Assembly: GCA_016182555.1 (NCBI GenBank) | Contig: JACPGJ010000008.1 | Location: 455,411 to 519,410 of the forward strand | Length of the DNA: 64,000 nucleotides | Direction: 5' to 3' | DNA from: Candidatus Kerfeldbacteria bacterium | Lineage (GTDB): Bacteria > Patescibacteriota > Patescibacteriia > UBA9570 > XYC2-FULL-38-9 | Shown: piece after piece, positions 58,228 to 64,000 of the stretch | Position numbering within the stretch: position 1 is the first letter of the stretch | Layout: every line of letters begins with the position of its first letter | Made by a program: the position numbers and the translations under genes | The notes under the pieces: generated by a model | The model's input: only the letters and a program-made list of their open reading frames with translations | Database searches by the model: none | Told to the model about the DNA's origin: nothing

Positions 58228-58638
58228 ATGGATGAGGACGTTAAATGGTTACTACAAAAATTGGTTACCTGGACAAAACTCAAGCTGAAAATACATATTT
58301 TACAAGATACTCATCTTGTTTACTTTCACGAAAGAGAAATCTGGTGGTGTTCCCTAGGCATAAATATAGGATATGAACAAAACGGAAAAAATCAGTATTT
58401 TGAACGACCAGTGTTAGTGGTAAAAAAATTCAACAGATATTTACTATGGGCAGTTCCCTTAACCAGTAAACAAAAATCGGGAAAATTTTATTATGAAACA
58501 TGGTATGAAGGAAAAAAATACTCTATCATTTTGTCTCAAATGAGAGCAATCAGTAGCAAACGACTGTTGAGAAAAATACGCACTGTACCGCAGTCAGAAT
58601 TTACTGAGGTAAAAAAACAGATAAAACTCTTTTTATAA
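58228..58638 (+). CDS. MazF/PemK-fold endoribonuclease toxin homolog (solitary)
   Basis: Track ORF 58201 starts at a GTG inside a hairpin and is trimmed to the ATG at 58228; EREIWWCSLGINIGYEQNGK...ERPVLVVKKFN...LWAVPLTSK...SQMRAISSKRLLRKIRTV matches the MazF/PemK pattern. Confidence 0.6.
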   Translation: MDEDVKWLLQKLVTWTKLKLKIHILQDTHLVYFHEREIWWCSLGINIGYEQNGKNQYFERPVLVVKKFNRYLLWAVPLTSKQKSGKFYYETWYEGKKYSIILSQMRAISSKRLLRKIRTVPQSEFTEVKKQIKLFL

Positions 58639-58666
58639 AAAACGATCTCCCGCGTGAAAGCGGGAG
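58632..58666 (-). terminator. rho-independent terminator downstream of nth
   Basis: Minus strand: ctcccgc-tttcac-gcgggag then aTcgTTTTTTaT. Confidence 0.5.
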
Positions 58667-58761
58667 TCTCGGAGCCCAAAGGCCATTTGTATAATAAGTA
58701 TATATCTATTTGTTCCTGTAGTCAATAGTGAAAATATTTTACTGAAAATCACTACGAAACA

Positions 58762-59409
58762 TTATATTTTCTTTACATTTTTCTTCCCAGTGGGGCAAAT
58801 ATCGTTCAACGGGCACTGCGCACAGAGCGGACGCGGTTTGCAAATCGCGCGGCCGTGCATAATCATAAATTCATTCACGTCGAGGTAATCTTTGGGCGGA
58901 AATAATTTTTCTAAATCGGCACTAATCTTGTTTGGCGAATCATGCTTCGTTAAACCGAGCCGCGGAGCAAGACGCCGCACATGTGTATCCACGGCTACCC
59001 CAACGTGTTGGCCATGCGCCTTGGCCATAATTAAATTCGCTGACTTATACGCAACACCCGGTAGCAACAATAATTCTTCGCGCGTGCGAGGAACTTCTCC
59101 GTTAAAACGCGCAACCAACAACTCCCCTATTCCTTTCAAATATCGCGCCTTCGATTTATAAAACGTCACCGAACCGATCTCTTGTTCAAGCGTGTGCAGG
59201 TCGGCTTTCGCGTAATCTGCTGCTGTACGGTACTTGCGGAATAACGTTGGCGTGACCATGTTAATACGTTTATCCGTGCACTGCGCAGAAAGAACCACGG
59301 CAATAACTAATTCCAGTGCGTTGCTCCACTGCACAAAGGTGTCGGTTTGGCGCGTGTACAACCCGCGAAGCCGACGCAATATTTCGTGTGCGCGTTCACG
59401 CTTGGTCAT
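58762..59409 (-). CDS. nth: endonuclease III
   Basis: Trimmed to MTKRERAHEIL; HhH-GPD motif and 4Fe-4S cluster CKPRPLCAQCPLNDIC. Confidence 0.85.
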   Translation of the reverse strand: MTKRERAHEILRRLRGLYTRQTDTFVQWSNALELVIAVVLSAQCTDKRINMVTPTLFRKYRTAADYAKADLHTLEQEIGSVTFYKSKARYLKGIGELLVARFNGEVPRTREELLLLPGVAYKSANLIMAKAHGQHVGVAVDTHVRRLAPRLGLTKHDSPNKISADLEKLFPPKDYLDVNEFMIMHGRAICKPRPLCAQCPLNDICPTGKKNVKKI

Positions 59410-59414
59410 ACTGG

Positions 59415-60827
59415 TTATGCCATTTCGCTCAGCAATGCCGCCATGCAGCAAGTTAATTTTTTCACCGCCGCGATATCGAGGGCTTCATTCACAGCGTGTG
59501 CATTTCCGTTCGGACCAAGTACACCCGTAATCACAAATTGCGTTTGCGGAAAACGTTCGCCTAACATATTCATAAAGGGAATCGAACCGCCCTCGCCCAT
59601 GAACGCCGGTGCGGCACCAAAATATTCTTGTGAAGCGCTGGTGAGTGCCGCGGCCAATACGGAAGAACTTGTTGGAGCATTCCACCCGTTCACCGCACTG
59701 TCAATTTCAAATGAAACACGCGCACCATAGGGCGCATCGGCTTCCAAAATTTCTTTCAAGCGCGCGGCGGCAATAGCGCTGTCACAGCGTGGTGGAATAC
59801 GCAAAGATAATTTCAACGCAGTCCATGGGCGCATGACATTTCCGGCTTGGTGCATCGGCGGAAATCCATCTGCGCTAATCACTTCCATGCCCGGTTTCCA
59901 CGTACGGTTCAATAATAACTCAACGATGTCGGTAGTGAGAGGGTGTGCACCAGAAACAAATGGATATTGTGCCACCAACTCAGGCGCTAAAATTTTTGCG
60001 GTTTCTCCCGCTTCACTCACGCGATGCGGTGGAATGTCTACAAAAAACACGGGATCCAAAATTTCACCAGTGATCGAATTTTCAATGCGCGACAACAACT
60101 CGCGTGCAATACGAAACGTCGATGGCACAACACCAGTGGCTTCTCCAGAATGAACACCATGCTCCAACATTTCTACTCGCAACGTTCCTGCGACAATGCC
60201 GCGCAGAGATGTGGTTAACCACAACTGATCATAGTTCCCTGCACCAGAATCTAAACAAATAATAAGCTGCGGGGTACCAATACGTTCTGCGAGTGCATCA
60301 ACATAAAACGGTAAATCCGTACTGCCACTTTCTTCATCGCATTCAATAATAATCACACAACGTAGATGACGCGCACCGGCTTGTTGCACCGCTTTGATTG
60401 CCGCGATGCATGCAAATACGGCATAGCCATCGTCCACACTGCCTCGGCCATACAATTTTCCGTCACGCACAAGTGGTGAGTACGGCGCAAATCCTTCTGC
60501 CCACCCATCCAACGGAGGCTGTTTATCAATATGACCATAGAGCAATACTGTTTGGCTCGCGTCCCCTTCTATGTCTATATACATCAGCGGCGTTCGTCCT
60601 TCCAACCGTTCCACACTCACACTTAGGCCTGATACGTTTTGGGCTTTCACCCAATTCAGCACCAAGTCCATGGCCGCATCGATGTGACCATTCGTTTGCC
60701 AGTCCGGATCATATTCCGGTGATTGGTTTGGGATGCGAATATAATCTTGAAGGGTCGGCATCACCGCCTCTTCCCAATACTGATTCACAAAATCGCGAAA
60801 ATTTTTCATATAAATTACGCTTAACAA
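59415..60827 (-). CDS. M20-family metallopeptidase (dipeptidase-like)
   Basis: 470 aa; LLYGHIDKQPP, GRGSVDDGYAV, IIIECDEESGS metal-ligand blocks. Confidence 0.8.
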   Translation of the reverse strand: MLSVIYMKNFRDFVNQYWEEAVMPTLQDYIRIPNQSPEYDPDWQTNGHIDAAMDLVLNWVKAQNVSGLSVSVERLEGRTPLMYIDIEGDASQTVLLYGHIDKQPPLDGWAEGFAPYSPLVRDGKLYGRGSVDDGYAVFACIAAIKAVQQAGARHLRCVIIIECDEESGSTDLPFYVDALAERIGTPQLIICLDSGAGNYDQLWLTTSLRGIVAGTLRVEMLEHGVHSGEATGVVPSTFRIARELLSRIENSITGEILDPVFFVDIPPHRVSEAGETAKILAPELVAQYPFVSGAHPLTTDIVELLLNRTWKPGMEVISADGFPPMHQAGNVMRPWTALKLSLRIPPRCDSAIAAARLKEILEADAPYGARVSFEIDSAVNGWNAPTSSSVLAAALTSASQEYFGAAPAFMGEGGSIPFMNMLGERFPQTQFVITGVLGPNGNAHAVNEALDIAAVKKLTCCMAALLSEMA

Positions 60828-60923
60828 TATCGCTTAGTATAGCACAGGAATAAAAAATGACCCGTTGCGTGGTTCACGCCTCGAGCCATTTTTCTCCTCC
60901 TCAGATATCAGAATGAGCGAACG

Positions 60924-61169
60924 TTATTGCTTGTCTTTTGTACCCATACCGGCGCACATTTTACAATCGCCTTTATGCATACCAACCAAATAGAGCGCAG
61001 ATAAACCAACTAATATATAGATAAGGCGTGAAAGCATGGCGTCTTGGCCGCCAAATAATTCACCAATATCCCATTTAAATAAACCAACGAGCAACCAGTT
61101 CAACCCGCCAATAATGACGAGCAAGAACGTGATCATGTGCATTCCTTTTTTATTTTGCATATTTTCCAC
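60924..61169 (-). CDS. DUF378-family small membrane protein
   Basis: 81 aa; GGLNWLLVGLFKWDIGELFGG pattern; GGAGG ribosome-binding site. Confidence 0.6.
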   Translation of the reverse strand: MENMQNKKGMHMITFLLVIIGGLNWLLVGLFKWDIGELFGGQDAMLSRLIYILVGLSALYLVGMHKGDCKMCAGMGTKDKQ

Positions 61170-61461
61170 CTCCTCTCAATGTTATATTCCTATAGTTGAG
61201 TATACCACGAATACGTATAGTGGTCATCTTTAGTGGGTGGAACGGGATCTCTCTTCTATACACAACGGGTTGTTTACAGAAGAGAGACGAGGAGCGATGG
61301 TTGCAGAAACCGGCGTGACTCAATATCGTCCCTCAATGAAGTGCGTCTTATCAGACGACCCTCATGCGTCCGCGTTGGAGATCGCGGGCGTCTTCCTCAG
61401 TTGGCTTTCGCGTCCCTGAAGCGTTTGAATGTTTGCGGGTGTGGGTTTCTCGGGCGGTTGA

Positions 61462-62589
61462 TCAGTAGCTGGCGATGTCGTCGGGATTATTATTCTCCAC
61501 GACGCAGTCCGTCATTGAGGGCTCGGCATTGCGAAGATACATTCCTCCACCACTTTCGCCCGCCGAATTTTCTGTCACTTCAACCCGAGTGAGCGTCGGG
61601 TTTGCGTGATCAATGTAGACCCCACCACCCCACAAATCAGCCTCGTTGCTGTGAATGGTGAGGTCTGTAAGTTCAACTCCCGCATCCTGTCCCACGTAGA
61701 TTCCTCCACCTCCGGCCACAGCGTAATTGTCCATGAAGGAAGAATTCGTCACCACGCCGGATGAATAGCGACCGAAAGACACCCCCATGCCATAGTAGCC
61801 GACGTTGGAGTTGAAAGAACATTCAGTCACCTCAACATCAGCATCCTGATTGACATGAATACCCGCGCCGTTATAGGTCACGAAGTTCTCGGCAAAAAAT
61901 GACTCTGTGACCGTCAGTTCAGCGTGTTCACCAGCATAGATACCACCTCCGTCGCCGTTGGCTACACACCAAGTGAATATGCTGTGCTGAAACGCAGCCC
62001 GCGTGAACTCGGTGTAGACACAACCTCCGTCGCCACCAGTGGTTGTAGTGGAGTTAGTGAAGGTGACGTTCCTAAAAGTTGGATCGGCATATTCCCCGAT
62101 CCAGACTAACCCGCCATTTCCGCTCTCTCCATTAGTCAGGGTAAACCCATCCACAACTCCATCTTCCGTATACGCTGTGAATGACATTACTCGTCCCAAG
62201 AACTGAGCGTCGATCGTCGTCACCTCGGCGCCTTTGCTGGAGAGCAGCGTGAGTGCCTTTCCTCCGAAATGCAGGTCGTGTTCGAGATACGTCCCTGGGC
62301 CCACTGAAACAGTGTCCCCATCGTTAGCCGCGTCGATCGCGGACTGGATAGTGACGTAGCAGTTTTCCTGCACAGCCACAGTTCCCGTGTCGCTCACGCC
62401 GTCACAGTTCTGGTCTACGCCATCGCATTCCTCTGCCGCACCGGGATGAATTTCCGGATTCGTGTCGTCGCAGTCGCCATCGTCCACGGTCCAGCCGTCC
62501 CCATCGATATCGGGATCGTCACAAGACGAAATCCCGCTCAACAGCGTGCAAACGCTCGAAAAAACAACGGTGAAAAACAGGTGCCTCAT
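61462..62589 (-). CDS. parallel beta-helix lipoprotein with N-terminal Cys/Asp-rich MopE-like motif, in a GC-rich insert
   Basis: 375 aa; signal plus lipobox LLSGISSC; DGDGWTVDDGDCDDTNPEIHPGAAEECDGVDQNCDG; repeated GGGIY/NxxxG beta-helix rungs; about 60% GC; GGAGG ribosome-binding site. Confidence 0.7.
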   Translation of the reverse strand: MRHLFFTVVFSSVCTLLSGISSCDDPDIDGDGWTVDDGDCDDTNPEIHPGAAEECDGVDQNCDGVSDTGTVAVQENCYVTIQSAIDAANDGDTVSVGPGTYLEHDLHFGGKALTLLSSKGAEVTTIDAQFLGRVMSFTAYTEDGVVDGFTLTNGESGNGGLVWIGEYADPTFRNVTFTNSTTTTGGDGGCVYTEFTRAAFQHSIFTWCVANGDGGGIYAGEHAELTVTESFFAENFVTYNGAGIHVNQDADVEVTECSFNSNVGYYGMGVSFGRYSSGVVTNSSFMDNYAVAGGGGIYVGQDAGVELTDLTIHSNEADLWGGGVYIDHANPTLTRVEVTENSAGESGGGMYLRNAEPSMTDCVVENNNPDDIASY

Positions 62590-62619
62590 GATTCACTCCT
62601 CCGCTGTGCTTCATTTCGG

Positions 62620-62646
62620 AATGTGGGAAAGAAATTCCCCCACATT
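62620..62646. promoter_or_regulatory. perfect 8-bp inverted repeat upstream of the beta-helix gene (candidate operator)
   Basis: aatgtggg-aaagaaattcc-cccacatt centred about 45 nt upstream of the start codon. Confidence 0.4.
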
Positions 62647-62773
62647 TTCGCGTTCTTGCGCACAGCAAAATACTATCCAGTGATGCATAGTACATTGCTA
62701 TAAACAAAAAAGCCTCTTAAACTGGGCTATCTTATATCGCAAAACAAATTTTTTGTCAATCGATGTCGTCTAG

Positions 62774-62844
62774 AGCGGGATACCAGAATCGAACTGGCGC
62801 CTCAACCTTGGGAAGGTCGCATACTACCACTATACTAATCCCGC
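62774..62844 (-). tRNA. tRNA-Gly (anticodon CCC)
   Basis: Minus strand gcgggattagtatagtggtagtatgcgaccttCCCaaggttgaggcgccagttcgattctggtatcccgct; cloverleaf with anticodon loop ttCCCaa. Confidence 0.8.
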
Positions 62845-63244
62845 ACGGTACATAATATTGTAGAGAATTCAGGAAAACATGCAAGAGCCGCTGTACTCGC
62901 CCCAAAAAACACAAAAGCCCGGACATGCCGGGTTCTTATGTGTGCTCTGCTGCTCTTATTCATCCAGGCTTCCTGCAATATAAGTGGGCTTATGCCGCCA
63001 CGACATCAGTGATGGGGCAGCACATCGCTGATACAGCATTTGTGCGAAAGGTTTAACGCCTTCGCGCAATAGTAGACAGCGCCTATTACCGCATGGGGTT
63101 CGCATCCACTCGCCAGCAAAAAAGCGGCAAGCAGATATATGAACCCTACAGGAAACGATTTGTCGAAGCTGGATGAATATGTTGTGCGAGCAGAGTGCCT
63201 TCACAAGGAAGGCATGGATATTATACATCGAAGGATCGAGTGCA

Positions 63245-64000
63245 TCAAGCGCCAATACGATAAGGAATGGTTTTTGACTTCGTTCTGTGTTTTGTCGCAA
63301 ATTGAATATGCAGTGTTTGTAACCAATCAAAATATTGACCACTCGGTTGCCCCGCAATATATTTTTCTGCGTTCAATAATTTTTCTTTTAAGGGCCGCAC
63401 GCCACGTTCAACACGCTCTTGAAGACGCATCATTCTCCCTGCATCGATCATATCATCTAATTCACCATTGTTTAATCTGCGCTTCGTTTCTTGACCAAAA
63501 TCATAATTCGGATTCAGCTGCAAACTCATATCCACAATACGCCGACCAATCTGTTCGTGCCCATTGGCGAGATAGGCAATGGCGGTGTTGGTAAATAGCC
63601 GATAAACTTCGCGGTTGGTAAGGTGTTGTTTGAGTAAGATTGTAAAACAGGTTTCAAATTCTTGAATCGCTTGCTCATACTGTTGTTGCTGTAAATATTC
63701 TCGTGCGCGTTCTTCGTGTTGCAACCATTCATCATTACCCAAATTCGTCACGTGAACACGCAGAGGGCGATCAATCGGTGCATCAACATTCTGCAGTAAT
63801 TCCACCATATCTTGCGGAGATTTGCCAGCAAGTGATTTCAAGGGCGTAATATTATGCAAATCCTGCACCGCTCGCAATAACTCGTTCATGGCCTCCGTAG
63901 AACAACGTTCATCCAGTAACCCAATCAATATGGGCATAATCGTCTCTCTTTCGCCGGCCACTTCATTGGTGATCCATTCTTGAATTGTTTCGACGGACAC
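63245..64000 (-). CDS. hypothetical protein, N-terminus beyond window edge
   Basis: 251 aa of an ORF running off the window; no motif recognised. Confidence 0.45.
   Translation of the reverse strand: MSVETIQEWITNEVAGERETIMPILIGLLDERCSTEAMNELLRAVQDLHNITPLKSLAGKSPQDMVELLQNVDAPIDRPLRVHVTNLGNDEWLQHEERAREYLQQQQYEQAIQEFETCFTILLKQHLTNREVYRLFTNTAIAYLANGHEQIGRRIVDMSLQLNPNYDFGQETKRRLNNGELDDMIDAGRMMRLQERVERGVRPLKEKLLNAEKYIAGQPSGQYFDWLQTLHIQFATKHRTKSKTIPYRIGA

Noticed and set aside
62956-63594. ORFs 62956..63357 (-) and 63139..63594 (+)
   Set aside because: They overlap each other and overlap the better-supported minus-strand ORF 63245..64000. They have no ribosome-binding site and no motifs, and the true gene content cannot be resolved from sequence alone.

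Overview
This 64-kb window looks bacterial and probably comes from a reduced-genome lineage of the Candidate Phyla Radiation (CPR/Patescibacteria). The evidence is that no L30 gene sits between rpsE and rplO, the AspRS is short at 462 aa, and GC content is moderate to low. Most genes are on the minus strand. The conserved core comprises hrcA-grpE with a perfect CIRCE operator, a cysteine desulfurase, gap, scpA/scpB, aspS, asnS, a P-type ATPase and dnaB-ybaB-recR. It also holds rplU, secY-adk-map, a complete S10/spc ribosomal-protein cluster from rpsJ to rplO, tuf, fusA-rpsG-rpsL and rpmB (not in the supplied ORF track). Other core genes are an Fe/Mn SOD, a peroxiredoxin, nth, and tRNA-Glu, tRNA-Lys and tRNA-Gly. 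Several accessory stretches interrupt this core. (1) A low-GC stretch next to tRNA-Glu carries a ~60-bp intergenic repeat in three copies, a DUF4143 AAA+ ATPase, an HTH-Fic protein and orphan ORFs. (2) A second island sits inside the str operon between tuf and fusA. It encodes a GC-rich cdd, a second DUF4143 ATPase, and a divergently transcribed 351-aa protein with a RelA/SpoT synthetase fold that resembles toxic small alarmone synthetases. (3) A second Fic gene lies between aspS and asnS. (4) One protein contains seven near-identical 38-aa tandem repeats. (5) Two sharply GC-rich patches each encode a secreted protein or lipoprotein and look horizontally acquired. (6) A solitary MazF/PemK-fold toxin gene has no detectable antitoxin. 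(7) A leader region with a terminator/antiterminator arrangement lies upstream of a PKD-domain membrane protein that has a paralog nearby. No CRISPR array, rRNA, integrase or transposase was seen. All functional calls come from reading motifs in the translations; no database search was possible.
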